Assembly (NCBI GenBank): GCA_965367815.1
Contig: CBDUKN010000006.1
Location: 32,001 to 96,000, forward strand
Length of the DNA: 64,000 bases
Direction: 5' to 3'
Source of the DNA: an uncultured Thermoprotei archaeon
GTDB lineage: Archaea; Thermoproteota; Thermoprotei; Thermofilales; B15-G2
The notes under the pieces were generated by a model. That model was not told where the DNA came from, did not search any database, and saw only the letters and a list, made by a program, of their open reading frames with translations. Of the stretch, positions 19,517-30,442 are shown in pieces; within the stretch, counting starts at the first letter, position 1; every line of letters begins with the position of its first letter. The translations under genes and the position numbers were made by a program.

Positions 19517-20932
19517 ATGTCTCTAAAAATACAGCACTTATTAATCCAGAATCCTTGGTGGGAAGATCCTAGCGAAGTACTTAGAGATAGTAAAGTAATC
19601 GAAGCACTAAGCAGAAAACCTCAAAAAACATATTCTTTCGAAAACATCAAAAACACTATTCTTCTGGGCCCTCGCCAAGTGGGCAAAACAACTTACCTCA
19701 AATTAATGATCCGACACCTACTACTCGAAAAGAAAATAGATCCACGGAGAGTACTTTACTTCTCCTGTGAATTACTAAATACTAAAGAAGATATAGTAGA
19801 GCTACTTAAACTATACGATAGACTTTTTCCTGAAGTTAAAAAAGCCAAGTATATTCTACTTGATGAAATAACTTTTGTAGAAAACTGGGAAGCAGCAGTC
19901 AAACATATGCTGGACACACAAATTTCAAGAAATAAAGTCATCTATATTACTGGCTCTAGCTCAATATGGTTACTAAAAGGATCTGAAAAAATGCCCGGCA
20001 GAGATATCTCAGTAAGGCTTTTCATGCCTATGTGTTTTAGAGAATATGCTGAATTATTTGGCTCAATAAAACTTCGCGAAATAATAAGTTCTCTTAAACC
20101 AGTCAACTTAAGTAAAATAGATAGTGTTAAAAAACTGTACAGAGAAGCTTTAAAAACATCACTTGTGCTAAACGAACTAAATGAGCTTTTTCTTAAGTAT
20201 TTAAAGACAGGAGGCTTTTATAAATCTTCATATGAATACTTATATTCAAGTAGAATAAGTGAAGAAACTTACTTAACGTACGTCAAGTGGATTGAAGGAG
20301 ATTTAGCTAAACTAAATAGGAGAATAAGTCTTCTTCGCCCCTTAATAACAGCTATTGTAGAGAAACTATCTACGAGAATCTCTTACGCCTCTTTAGCCAA
20401 GATCTCTGAGCTCAAAAGCCATATTACAGTAAGAGATTACATAGAGATACTTGAAGGACTTCTTCTCCTCAGAGTATTTTATCAAGTAGATATTTCTTCA
20501 AAAACACCTAATTACAGAAAAGAAAAGAAAGTATATTTTACAGATCCGTTTCTCTACAATGTTTTTAAGGGATACTCTCATGAAGTATACAGAGACTACT
20601 CTGTAGAAAATGCAGTCATACTAGTAGAAAATATTATAGGAGAACATTTAGCAAGACAATTTAGAAGACACGAAACAAGAGTAATGTATTATTGTGAAGT
20701 AAAAGAAACAGACTTCGTTTTACTCAAAGAAAACCTTAAGCTACTTGGAATAGAAGTTAAGTGGCAAAAAGATGTTAAACCCGAAGACTTTGCTAACAGA
20801 CATAGATTTAAAGAGAAAATTCTAGTAACCATGAATGATCTAGATTACTGCGAAAAATATAATATGGCTTTAATACCGGCTTCAGTTTTCTTAATACTAC
20901 TTGATAAACACCAATTATATAAAGTAAGTTAA
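19517..20932 (+). CDS. AAA_14/DUF4143 ATP-binding protein
   Basis: QNPWW, GPRQVGKT, LDEI, TGSS, GG, KVYFTDP, ETDF...IEVK. Confidence 0.9.
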   Translation: MSLKIQHLLIQNPWWEDPSEVLRDSKVIEALSRKPQKTYSFENIKNTILLGPRQVGKTTYLKLMIRHLLLEKKIDPRRVLYFSCELLNTKEDIVELLKLYDRLFPEVKKAKYILLDEITFVENWEAAVKHMLDTQISRNKVIYITGSSSIWLLKGSEKMPGRDISVRLFMPMCFREYAELFGSIKLREIISSLKPVNLSKIDSVKKLYREALKTSLVLNELNELFLKYLKTGGFYKSSYEYLYSSRISEETYLTYVKWIEGDLAKLNRRISLLRPLITAIVEKLSTRISYASLAKISELKSHITVRDYIEILEGLLLLRVFYQVDISSKTPNYRKEKKVYFTDPFLYNVFKGYSHEVYRDYSVENAVILVENIIGEHLARQFRRHETRVMYYCEVKETDFVLLKENLKLLGIEVKWQKDVKPEDFANRHRFKEKILVTMNDLDYCEKYNMALIPASVFLILLDKHQLYKVS

Positions 20933-21050
20933 GGGCTTTTCCATACTTCCTACTTTCATTAATTCATAACAGTAAATTGTTTAACTAAATATCATTCCTA
21001 AGTTTATAGAAAGCTTTAAATACTTTTATAGGAAACATCTATGAGTCTTA

Positions 21051-22376
21051 ATGCAAAATAGGAATCTTAGTAAAAAATGCCCAACAGGTATCAAGGAGCT
21101 CGATAATATTCTCGAAGGAGGATTCGAGCGTGGAAGCGTAGTATTGATAGCAGGACACCCAGGCGCGGGGAAAAGCACGTTTGCTGCTCAATTCATATAC
21201 AGGGGAGCAGTAGATTACCGTGAACCAGGAGTATATATTAGCTTCTCTGAAAACAAGAAAGAATTCTATGAACACATGAAAGCATTTAACTTCAACTTCA
21301 GTAGCCTAGAGAAAATAAATATGTTTAAATATATTCCCTTAATAAGTATTGCAGACGAAAAAATGGTATGCGATATTATAAGCAATATTTATAGCGCAAT
21401 AGAAGAAATAAGGGCTAAACGCCTTGTAATAGACTCTATTACATCTATTCTAGGAACATTCTCAATAAAAGAGGCTAGAGCATTTCTTCACACAAATGTT
21501 CTCTTAGGGCTAAAACCCTACAACGTTACATCGCTATTAATAGCGGATCTGCCTTGGGGAAAAGAAATAATAGGCTATGGTTTCGAAGAATTCTTAGCCG
21601 ATACTATAATAGTCTTAAAGCTAGATGAGAAAAGAGGACTAACTAGAAGAGTACTAGAAATAAGGAAGAATAGAGGAGCACCTACTCCTAGAGTATCCTA
21701 CGATTTTGTTATAACTAAAGAAGGCATAAAGCTCTACGTACCACTTGAAGCAAGTCTTTCAGGAGGCTTTACTAAAGAAAGGGCAACAACAGGAGTACCT
21801 GAGCTAGATAAAATGCTCGGAGGAGGTGTACTCAGAGGCTCAGTAGTCCTCATAAGTGGTCCTTCAGGTACAGGAAAAACACTTATTTCGCTCAGCTTTG
21901 CTATAGAAGGAGCAAAAAGAGGAGAAAAGGTAATTTATATAAGTTTTGAAGAACCAAGAGACCAAATTAAAACAGTTATAGAAAATATGAAAGTAGACTA
22001 CAGCGAAATTAAAGACAATCTACACATATATGCACTGAGCCCTAGACTCTTTACTCCGGCAGCACTTTACAGCTTCTACGAAGAACTCATTAAGAAACAT
22101 TCGCCTTCAAGAGTAATTATAGACGGGGCTTCAGCCTTATCGAGACACTACGAAGAAGAAGAGTACTTGAAGTTGATACGCAATATAAGCTTGCTGTCAA
22201 AATTACACAGGATAACTCTCCTAATAACAGCTCTCTCAAACATAATATTACTTGAAGAAATAGGTGTGAGCAGTATAGCTGATGTACTAATAGCTCTCTG
22301 GTTTGATACACAGGGAGATAAAATAAGAAAAAAGATAACTGTATTAAAGCAGAGAGGAAGCTGGGTAAAAACGTGA
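21051..22376 (+). CDS. KaiC-like double RecA-domain ATPase, possibly 3'-truncated
   Basis: Two TG..ELD..L.GG repeats; GHPGAGKS and GPSGTGKT; KNRG and KQRGS. Confidence 0.9.
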   Translation: MQNRNLSKKCPTGIKELDNILEGGFERGSVVLIAGHPGAGKSTFAAQFIYRGAVDYREPGVYISFSENKKEFYEHMKAFNFNFSSLEKINMFKYIPLISIADEKMVCDIISNIYSAIEEIRAKRLVIDSITSILGTFSIKEARAFLHTNVLLGLKPYNVTSLLIADLPWGKEIIGYGFEEFLADTIIVLKLDEKRGLTRRVLEIRKNRGAPTPRVSYDFVITKEGIKLYVPLEASLSGGFTKERATTGVPELDKMLGGGVLRGSVVLISGPSGTGKTLISLSFAIEGAKRGEKVIYISFEEPRDQIKTVIENMKVDYSEIKDNLHIYALSPRLFTPAALYSFYEELIKKHSPSRVIIDGASALSRHYEEEEYLKLIRNISLLSKLHRITLLITALSNIILLEEIGVSSIADVLIALWFDTQGDKIRKKITVLKQRGSWVKT

Positions 22377-22642
22377 TAGCAATTCTGCTAGCGAACCTTA
22401 GGGCTGTGTACGATGCTCTCTTAGAGCTAAACAACAATATCGAAGACCAGACAGATAACTTGATAATCGAGCTAGTTTCAGCAATAAGCGGAAAATACAA
22501 TATAAATATAGACCCCCATGAAGTCCTCGACGCACTTAAAGAAAACAATAGCCAAAAAATAGAGAGAATAACTAGACAGCTAGTAAACAGCAATAGAAAA
22601 AATCTAGTACTTAAAGGCACTCAAGTAACTCGGCTACCCTGA
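22373..22642 (+). CDS. Small helical protein, possibly an N-truncated KaiC accessory protein
   Basis: Overlaps the KaiC-like stop; frame extends upstream as ERKLGKNV. Confidence 0.45.
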   Translation: MIAILLANLRAVYDALLELNNNIEDQTDNLIIELVSAISGKYNINIDPHEVLDALKENNSQKIERITRQLVNSNRKNLVLKGTQVTRLP

Positions 22643-22828
22643 TTGTCTAGGCTCTAAGTACATTTCTACTACGTAACCGCACTTAGCGCAAAAAAGAATC
22701 CTTAGTCTACGCTCTTCAAGCCAGTCAGGAATTTTAATAAACGACTTCACTATAGGAAACTTCTCAGCAATCTTAGAGACATCGATGTGCTTCTCTAAGA
22801 CTTCTCCTTCGCACTTAGGACACTCCAT
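22634..22828 (-). CDS. Small zinc-ribbon protein
   Basis: CPKC...CAKCG. Confidence 0.75.
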   Translation of the reverse strand: MECPKCEGEVLEKHIDVSKIAEKFPIVKSFIKIPDWLEERRLRILFCAKCGYVVEMYLEPRQSG

Positions 22829-22859
22829 GAAAACTACTGCAATTACAAGTATTAAAGCT

Positions 22860-23495
22860 TTAGGGACTAGTTAGCGCTGCATACCAGCTAGCTATACCTC
22901 TCATAATCATTTCAGCTGCTATAGCAGCGACAATAACTGCCATAAATCTGCCTACTGCTCTCACTACGCTAGGCTTCATTAACTCTATTAATTTCTCGCC
23001 GAATCTCAGAGTCAAGTAAGTAGCTAGTACCGCTAAGTACGCCGCTACTAGTACAAAAACAGTGTTCATTAAAGACACTTTCCTGGTAGTCAATAAAATA
23101 AGAATAGTCATTGTGCCTGGACCTACAATTAAGGGAGTAGCTATAGGCACTACAGCAATATCCTCTGGATCAAGCTCTCTTGTCCGGGGAGGCCCGCCGA
23201 GCATCTCAGCAGCTATAATCATTAGAAGTACTCCTCCTCCCACCTGAAGCGAGCTAACGCTAATATCGAAGAAAGCCAGCAAGTAGTCTCCAGCTAGCGT
23301 AAATACTGTTACTAAGAATAAGATAACTATGCTGGCTCTAAGCACAATAGCATTTCTCTTTTCTTTGCTAAAGTCTTCTGTGAGTGAAATAAATACAGGT
23401 AGGACCCCAGGTGGATCCATTATAGCGTATATTTGAATAAAATAAACAATTAAATCAGTCAGTGTAGGCTGACTCACAGCTTCTTGAACTAACAC
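22860..23495 (-). CDS. marC: MarC family membrane protein
   Basis: DPPG..PVF, GGVLL, IAVVPIATPLIVGPG. Confidence 0.92.
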   Translation of the reverse strand: MLVQEAVSQPTLTDLIVYFIQIYAIMDPPGVLPVFISLTEDFSKEKRNAIVLRASIVILFLVTVFTLAGDYLLAFFDISVSSLQVGGGVLLMIIAAEMLGGPPRTRELDPEDIAVVPIATPLIVGPGTMTILILLTTRKVSLMNTVFVLVAAYLAVLATYLTLRFGEKLIELMKPSVVRAVGRFMAVIVAAIAAEMIMRGIASWYAALTSP

Positions 23496-23507
23496 TAGTT
23501 AAAAATC

Positions 23508-24311
23508 TTACTCTTTAACAATATGAAAAATACACTTATCGTCTCCAGCACTAAGACACTCTACTTCCTCTACTCTGTACCTCGATTTAAGTCCTCCCTC
23601 TAAATATCCTGCAAGATAGCCTCTAGTCCAGTGACAAGACGGCTCTCCCTCTTTTCTACAACATATTGCCTCGAAATTGTCTAGTATTTCAATATAGTAT
23701 TCTCTAGGCTCAATTTCCTCGATTTTAAAAACATAGCCGCGCCCCGTAAACATCCATATAGCCGAAAATCTCTTTAGCACATCTACTTCACTAAAAAACT
23801 TCACTCTCTTAGCTGCATCGAGTTCAGCTAAAGTAAGACCCCATGTTCTACCAAGCAGAAAAAGTAGAGCTTTTCCCTCGTCTCCCCACCGCTCTTTAAT
23901 AACAGCCATACCTTTACTAAAATGTTCTGCATCAAAAAGTACAGCTCTCCTCAAAGTACCGTGGTATACTAGAGGAAAAACTCTCGAAAACCTTACTTCG
24001 GGATCAGCCCTTTTAACATAGTACTCTACTTTAATTACTTCGGGTAGAGAATCTATTTCGTCAGCAGCCTTCTCGACTGACTTAAAGCTTTCAACGAGCT
24101 CAGCTATAATAAATAGAGGCCTAAAGCCTTTAACAGCGACTCCGGTGCCTATTTCTTCTGCCTCTATACCATTTTCGCACAGCTTCTCAATGACTTTAGG
24201 TAGTGCTCGAGATAAGTCAGTTACGAGAACAATAAGCTCGACAAAAGTTTTTCCTGGAGCATAGACATAGCCGAAAACTTCTCTAGCATAAATGTCTTTA
24301 ACTCTGTGCAT
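23508..24311 (-). CDS. ACT plus V4R domain protein
   Basis: NFE, CHWTRGYLAG, EVECLSAGDDKCIF. Confidence 0.85.
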   Translation of the reverse strand: MHRVKDIYAREVFGYVYAPGKTFVELIVLVTDLSRALPKVIEKLCENGIEAEEIGTGVAVKGFRPLFIIAELVESFKSVEKAADEIDSLPEVIKVEYYVKRADPEVRFSRVFPLVYHGTLRRAVLFDAEHFSKGMAVIKERWGDEGKALLFLLGRTWGLTLAELDAAKRVKFFSEVDVLKRFSAIWMFTGRGYVFKIEEIEPREYYIEILDNFEAICCRKEGEPSCHWTRGYLAGYLEGGLKSRYRVEEVECLSAGDDKCIFHIVKE

Positions 24312-24643
24312 ACGTGTACAAAAAGAACCAGCGCATATATACCTTTTTATTTTAACTGAAATAAATAGTGTTCAATATTTCAGGAAACCATAAAAACATT
24401 TTTATTCTTTTTTATTCTTTTCTCTAATACCCCTTAAATAAAATCTAAGCGATACACTATATATTTCCGAAAAAATCAACAAATACTCAAAAAACAGTCA
24501 CTTTTATAGCTGTTCAACTTATATTTACTTTGCGTAAAAATATTAACTAAATTATTATTTTTACTCAATTTTTCCCTTAAAATCAGGCTCAGTTCCACTT
24601 CACTAGGTAAGTATTTTAAAGGAAAGGCTGATAGTAGTACTGT

Positions 24644-25759
24644 ATGTCTGAAGTATATCTTATCAAGTTTACTAGGCATACTCACAACATATTAAAGTAC
24701 ACTAGAATACTTCTCGAAGCTACTAACTTCAAAAATAATCTGAAAGAAGGAGAGCTAGTTGCAGTAAAACTGCATTTCGGCGAACGAGGAAATATGCGTC
24801 ATCCAAGACCCCAAATAGTTAAAGCTATAGTAGACTACATTAAAGAAAATGGAGCACTCCCGTTTTTAACAGACACTACCACTCTTTACTCGGGGTACAG
24901 GCGAAACGCTGTTGAGTACTTAGAGACAGCTGCTATTAACGGCTTTACAATAGGGACTGTTGATGCGCCGGTAATAATTGCCGACGGTCTCCTTGGAAGA
25001 GACTACAGAGAAGTAAAAACTCCCGGTGAACTAGGATCCGTTGCAGTAGCTTCAGCTATTGCTGAAGCAGACGCTATGGTAGTTTTATCGCACTTTAAGT
25101 TCCACGTGTCATTTGGCTTCGGAGGAGCATTAAAAAACCTAGCTATGGGCTGCGTTGCCCGTAAAACTAAATTTGATATGCACGCTGTAGCTAAGCCAGA
25201 AATCATACCGGAGCGCTGTATTGGCTGTGGACTTTGTGCAAGACACTGTGCATGGGGCGCTATCTCTATTAAAGAAGGAAAAGCAGTCATAGATTACAGC
25301 AAGTGTGTTGGCTGTGGAGACTGCGTTGCTATATGTAGGCAGAAAGCCGTCCGCATGCCCTGGGGTACAGGTGAACACGTAGAGAAAATGCTTAAGAGAG
25401 CAGCTGAAGCCGTATGTGGTGTTTTAAAAACATTTGATAAAAATAAAGTACTTTACATAAACTTACTTGTGGAAATAACTAGACTATGTGACTGCGCTAC
25501 TTCACTTGAGCCCCCAGTAGTAGTTGACATAGGTATGCTCGCTTCCTATGACCCCGTGGCAATAGACCAGGCTTCGCTCGATTTAGTCAATAATGCTCCA
25601 GGATACTATTTCAAAGAAGACGGGTCTTTAGAAAAAATAGAAGCAGGCGTAGATAAAGTAAAGTTCTTCTTCCCTGAAGTAAAGTACTGGATACTACTAG
25701 AAGAAGCAGAAAAAATGGGAATAGGTCAAAGAAAGTACAAATTAATTAGGCTAGGATAG
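24644..25759 (+). CDS. DUF362 protein with 2x[4Fe-4S] ferredoxin domain
   Basis: VKLHFGE, GGALKNLAMG, CIGCGLC and CVGCGDC, CDC. Confidence 0.92.
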   Translation: MSEVYLIKFTRHTHNILKYTRILLEATNFKNNLKEGELVAVKLHFGERGNMRHPRPQIVKAIVDYIKENGALPFLTDTTTLYSGYRRNAVEYLETAAINGFTIGTVDAPVIIADGLLGRDYREVKTPGELGSVAVASAIAEADAMVVLSHFKFHVSFGFGGALKNLAMGCVARKTKFDMHAVAKPEIIPERCIGCGLCARHCAWGAISIKEGKAVIDYSKCVGCGDCVAICRQKAVRMPWGTGEHVEKMLKRAAEAVCGVLKTFDKNKVLYINLLVEITRLCDCATSLEPPVVVDIGMLASYDPVAIDQASLDLVNNAPGYYFKEDGSLEKIEAGVDKVKFFFPEVKYWILLEEAEKMGIGQRKYKLIRLG

Positions 25760-26020
25760 CGCTGTTTCTTTAAGCCATGTTTCCAGCTTTTCTCTCTTAA
25801 AAACGTATTTATGTTTAAGTGAAGTAGCTTTAAGCTGCTTAGCTAGCTCCTTTAAAGCTCGAGAAAAACATATGACTTCACGTTTACTTGTTTTCCTCCC
25901 TCCATAATATCGTCTCAAGTCTTTTGAACTTAAAGTAACAATACCTCCTTTTGTTTGAGAAAGCTTTTTCTCAGCAACTATCCTCACCAGCCTAAACCCC
26001 TCAGCCATCCATCTATCCAT
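25751..26020 (-). CDS. Small basic hypothetical protein, possible DNA binder
   Basis: Lys/Arg-rich 89 aa; GAGGGG SD-like motif upstream. Confidence 0.6.
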   Translation of the reverse strand: MDRWMAEGFRLVRIVAEKKLSQTKGGIVTLSSKDLRRYYGGRKTSKREVICFSRALKELAKQLKATSLKHKYVFKREKLETWLKETALS

Positions 26021-26180
26021 TAACTTCCCCTCAAAACACTTTTAGTAACTATACTCATAGGGAATTTAAGCCTTTTGTCCGGCAGTCCTACTATTAATTG
26101 AATAATTAACAAAATAAAAATTTTTCGTATTCAAAAAAGACCAGACTATATTTGTTTATAAAAATAGATAATTTGATAAT

Positions 26181-26405
26181 TTAACCCATCATTAGGCCTC
26201 TTCTTTCAGTTCTAGAGTAAAGCTCTCTATTAAGTAGATCTCTTACAGCGACGCGAATCGCTTCACTGCGACTAGGATAGCGTCCTCCCTCAACAAGTTT
26301 TTCGAGACCCTGAACAAGATGGTCGGGAAGGTGTACTGTTATTAGCCGCATGTTGGATTTTCTGCCCACAGCCCCCAGCTTCCTCATGTTAAGCATAGTA
26401 TCCAA
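26181..26405 (-). CDS. Ribbon-helix-helix regulator (CopG/CdrS-like)
   Basis: LITVHLP...LV..GRYPSRSEAIRVAVRDLL. Confidence 0.88.
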   Translation of the reverse strand: MDTMLNMRKLGAVGRKSNMRLITVHLPDHLVQGLEKLVEGGRYPSRSEAIRVAVRDLLNRELYSRTERRGLMMG

Positions 26406-26612
26406 GAGATTTAAAACCGTACCCGGGGGGTCGTGAATAAGAGCGTATTATACAGATATTTTACCTACTCTTTTACCCAAAAATATTCGAAGATAGCTGT
26501 AAAAATACATTTTTATGTGCCTACTATTTCACAGAATACTTTATTAACAAAAGTTTTTCTCAAAAGAGAAGAGAAAAGGTCAAGAAAAGTTAGCTACAAT
26601 GATACTTAAATT

Positions 26613-27296
26613 CTATATATTTTGCACAAACCGTCTAGCATTGAGTATAAGTTTCTCTAGAACAGTATACGCTTTGAGAGCTTCTCTTCTATCTACTATG
26701 AGAATAGTGTCAGTGTGACATGAGATAAACTGAGTTATGTTTATTCCTTGACTAGCTAGCGCTGAAAGAATGTAGGCTATTACTCCAGGAGTTTTGATTA
26801 TCTCACGGGGGCTCGTAATGAGTATTGCTGTCTGATTTTCTAGAACTTCTACATCGCCTATTTTAGCTAAAGTTTTTTCGATTAAGCTCCGTATACTATT
26901 GTAGAGGTCTTTATCCATCATTATAGTCATGTGTCTAGAACTCTGAGTCACTTGAAGAAAACCAGTCTTTTTTAGAAAAACTTCTTTAGTTAATACACTA
27001 GAACCCTGTACTCCACAAATAGTGCACACGACAATATCATTTATTAATTGTAGAGAACTAGAAGCAATTATTTCTCTTACACGGTCTTCGGTGAAACTCT
27101 TTTCTTCAAGTTTCTCAGCAAATCTTCTTAAAGCCATTTTTACTGCAGGAATATTTTCTTTACCTAAATTTAGCTCAGAGACAATTAATCTAGCCAGGGC
27201 GCTATAGTTTACTATTTTTTTCGATAGTGCTTCAAGTAAATAGGGTCTTGAGGAAACATATTCTCTCACAATGTTACTTATATTCTCTCGTCCCAC
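26613..27296 (-). CDS. ACT-domain regulatory protein
   Basis: VNYSALAR N-terminus; TPGVIAYILSALASQGINI..FISC. Confidence 0.85.
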   Translation of the reverse strand: MGRENISNIVREYVSSRPYLLEALSKKIVNYSALARLIVSELNLGKENIPAVKMALRRFAEKLEEKSFTEDRVREIIASSSLQLINDIVVCTICGVQGSSVLTKEVFLKKTGFLQVTQSSRHMTIMMDKDLYNSIRSLIEKTLAKIGDVEVLENQTAILITSPREIIKTPGVIAYILSALASQGINITQFISCHTDTILIVDRREALKAYTVLEKLILNARRFVQNI

Positions 27297-27381
27297 AAGT
27301 TACATTTGTAACAGGAATATTTCAATCTTATGCTATATGTTACATTAGGAATATATTTGTCCCAATTTAAACCTAGACGAG

Positions 27382-28215
27382 GTGATACATGTGAACAAGA
27401 ATCTGTTAATAGGAATAGCCGTAGGTCTAGTAATAGGAATCATTGTAGGAGCGACAGCCTCTGCCGTGCTGCCACTCCTCCATAAACATAAAGAAGAAAG
27501 CTTACTCGAGAAAATTAAGAAAAGAGGAGTCTTGATAGTCGGGACTAGCGCTGACTGGCCTCCATTCGAGTACATTGATAAAAGCGGGAATTATGCCGGA
27601 ATAGATATCGAGATAGCTAAAAAGATAGCTGAAGCAATTGGAGTAAAACTTGAGATAAAAGACATTAAGTTTGACGCGCTTATTGCTGCTCTTAAGGGAG
27701 GAGAAATAGACATGATTATAGCTGACATGACTCCTACAGCTGAAAGAGAAAAGGAAGTTGATTTCTCTACGCCGTACTACTTAGATGTCTTTGTCTTCGT
27801 AGTACTCAAATCATCCAATATATCTTCTCTAGAAGACCTATACGGTAAAACAATTGGTGTTCAGCAAGGAACTATTCAAGAAGAATGGGCTAATGAGCAT
27901 CTTAAAGGCAAGTGCACTATTAAGAGCTATACTAAAGTCTACCCCGACATGGTCTTAGTTCTCGAGAGAGGAGATGTTGACGCTATACTAATATCTAAAA
28001 CTGTAGCAGAGGTGCTTATGGCTAAAGACCCTGAGCTCAAAATAGCTTTCCTAGTAAAGGGAACAGAGGAATACGCAGCTATAGCAGTGCCAGAGAATGC
28101 CGAGGACTTAAAGTATGTTGTAAACAAAGTAATCGAGCAGTTAAAGAGCTCCGGTGAACTAGACAAGATTATTCAGCAGGAAATAGACAAGTGGCTTAAA
28201 GAACAGGGCGGCTAA
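27382..28215 (+). CDS. Polar amino acid ABC substrate-binding protein
   Basis: GTSADWPPFE, GIDI, FDALI..L..G.ID, VQQGT. Confidence 0.95.
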   Translation: MIHVNKNLLIGIAVGLVIGIIVGATASAVLPLLHKHKEESLLEKIKKRGVLIVGTSADWPPFEYIDKSGNYAGIDIEIAKKIAEAIGVKLEIKDIKFDALIAALKGGEIDMIIADMTPTAEREKEVDFSTPYYLDVFVFVVLKSSNISSLEDLYGKTIGVQQGTIQEEWANEHLKGKCTIKSYTKVYPDMVLVLERGDVDAILISKTVAEVLMAKDPELKIAFLVKGTEEYAAIAVPENAEDLKYVVNKVIEQLKSSGELDKIIQQEIDKWLKEQGG

Positions 28216-28236
28216 CATTAGTAAAGGGACCCTTAT

Positions 28237-28899
28237 ATGAATCCTGTATTTTTTATAATTGAGATACTGCCTTTTCTCCTACAAGGGCTCTGGATGACTA
28301 TCTACGTAAGCTTCGCTTCCTTTGCACTAGGCTTTCTGCTAGCAGTACTATTTGCTCCCCTCAGGATATTCGCAAAAGAAATAGCAGACCCACCTATCAC
28401 AGCGTACGTCGAAGTCTTCCGAGGAACCCCTGTACTAGTACAGCTACTCTTCATATACTTCGGACTACCCTCTCTAGGAATAAAACTAGACCCAGTACTC
28501 GCAGGTATAGTCGCCTTAGGACTAAATAGCGCTGCCTACCAGTCAGAAATCTTCAGATCTGCCCTAAAGGCGATACCCAACGAGCAAGTCTTGGCAGCAG
28601 AGTCTCTCGGGCTATCTAATATACAGATCTATAGATACGTTATACTGCCGCAGGCACTTAGAGTAGCTGTCCCATCACTCATAAATGAGATAGTAGCATT
28701 AATTAAAGAAAGCTCCCTCGTATCAATTATCGGCGTAGCTGAATTAACACGCCGCGGAGAATACTTAGTGGCCATAACATTCAAGCCCCTCGAAGTATTT
28801 ACTGCAGTAGCGCTAGTATACTTCATTGTCTGCTACACTACATCAAGGCTAGCTAAAGTAGTAGAAAAGAAATTTAAGATCCCCGGCTACAGAGAGTGA
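28237..28899 (+). CDS. Polar amino acid ABC permease
   Basis: FRGTPVLVQL, AAYQSEIFR, ILPQA, KESSL. Confidence 0.95.
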   Translation: MNPVFFIIEILPFLLQGLWMTIYVSFASFALGFLLAVLFAPLRIFAKEIADPPITAYVEVFRGTPVLVQLLFIYFGLPSLGIKLDPVLAGIVALGLNSAAYQSEIFRSALKAIPNEQVLAAESLGLSNIQIYRYVILPQALRVAVPSLINEIVALIKESSLVSIIGVAELTRRGEYLVAITFKPLEVFTAVALVYFIVCYTTSRLAKVVEKKFKIPGYRE

Positions 28900-28903
28900 A
28901 AAC

Positions 28904-29677
28904 ATGGCCTTCCTAGAGATCATAGACCTAGTCGCGGGATACGATGACAACATAGTCATCAAAGGACTCTCGATGAAAGTAGAGGAAGGAGAGAAAGTAG
29001 TTATCATAGGGCCAAGTGGCTCAGGAAAATCGACACTCCTAAAGTGCATCGTAAGGCTAGTTGAGCCTAAAAGCGGCAAAATATTCTTCAGGGGAGTAGA
29101 TGTAACATCAAAGGACATCGACATAAGGAAAATTAGACAAAGAACAGGCTTCGTGTTCCAAAACTACAATCTTTTTCCACACATGACAGTACTACAAAAC
29201 ATACTCCTTCCGCTCCGAGTAGTAAAGAAAATGCCTAAAGAAGAAGCCTTGAAGAAAGCACTATCAGTCCTGGAGAAAGTAGGAATGCTAGAGTACAAAG
29301 ACGCATATCCGCTCCAGCTCTCGGGAGGACAGCAGCAGAGAGTAGCTATAGCAAGAGCACTAGCAATGGACCCTGAGCTAATGCTACTAGACGAACCTAC
29401 TTCAGCTCTAGACCCAGAGCTAGTAGACGAAGTACTAGACATATTGAGAAAAGTAGCTAAGCAGGGAATAACACTCCTAATAGTAACACATGAACTAGAC
29501 TTCGCCGAAGACGTAGCAGACAGAATAATATTCATGGAAGACGGAAAAATAGTAGAAGAAGGGCCACCTCACAAACTACTCTACAACCCAGAGAAACAAA
29601 GAACAAAACTTTTCTTAAGAAGGATACTAAAGAGACTTCACAATAAAACTATAAACCAAGAAATAAACAGCAATTAG
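28904..29677 (+). CDS. Polar amino acid ABC ATPase (GlnQ-like)
   Basis: GPSGSGKS, FQNYNLFPH, LSGGQQQR, DEPTSALDPE. Confidence 0.95.
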   Translation: MAFLEIIDLVAGYDDNIVIKGLSMKVEEGEKVVIIGPSGSGKSTLLKCIVRLVEPKSGKIFFRGVDVTSKDIDIRKIRQRTGFVFQNYNLFPHMTVLQNILLPLRVVKKMPKEEALKKALSVLEKVGMLEYKDAYPLQLSGGQQQRVAIARALAMDPELMLLDEPTSALDPELVDEVLDILRKVAKQGITLLIVTHELDFAEDVADRIIFMEDGKIVEEGPPHKLLYNPEKQRTKLFLRRILKRLHNKTINQEINSN

Positions 29678-29767
29678 AGTCAAAACAACTAAATACTTTA
29701 ATCAACAATAGTGAAAATATCGACTCAAATAAGTAATGGAATTACCGCTATTTATAATCGATATCAT

Positions 29768-30183
29768 TTACATTAAATGCGTTAACCATATTCTCTTCAC
29801 CCAGTCTATTTTATCGTACTCAGAGTCTTCTGAAGCAATAAACATAATGTTGTTTCTTTCATAGCTCCTAAGTGTAGTGCATCTGAAGGCTTTATATTGT
29901 AATCAGATAATATTTTTGCCACTTCAATGTATTCATCCTCTCCTAACTTTAGTATATTCACATAGGGTAGTATGGATGATTTGATAAAACTTAAAGATAT
30001 TCGATAAGGTATCTTATATTTTTTCCTAGATACATATACTAGTTCATTCGATACTAGTACATCTGTATAAGCTTTATATTTTCTCAATATATTGAAATAA
30101 AAGTTATCATATATTAGTCTTATCGTATTATCTGTAATAGTATTTAAGTATATAAACAGATTAGCATTAATAAATACTTTCAT
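29768..30183 (-). pseudogene. vapC: PIN-domain VapC toxin, frameshifted
   Basis: FINAN (first Asp now Asn), PSDALH; C-terminus IASEDSEYDKIDWVKRIW lies in another frame. Confidence 0.8.
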
Positions 30184-30442
30184 TCAAACTCCTCCTCTAA
30201 ATGAATTCCTGCAAGCTCGCCCGGCTTAAGTTCTCTCCTATTTTGAATATTTTTATGAGCTCTACATGTTTTTTGAGAGCCTCCCGAAGTTTTTCAATAT
30301 CCACTTTTCTAATAGGCTTAAGTAAAATACAATCCTTGATTTCAACAATCAGTTCATCTCCCTCTTCAATACCCACAGCCTCACGAACCGCTTTGGGAAG
30401 AATAACATAACCCTTTTTACCAACCTTTATTTTCAGTGTCAA
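30180..30442 (-). pseudogene. AbrB/MazE antitoxin, frameshifted
   Basis: KVGKKGYVILPKAVREAVGIEEGD; true end KPGELAGIHLEEEFE in another frame with ATGA overlap to vapC. Confidence 0.8.
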
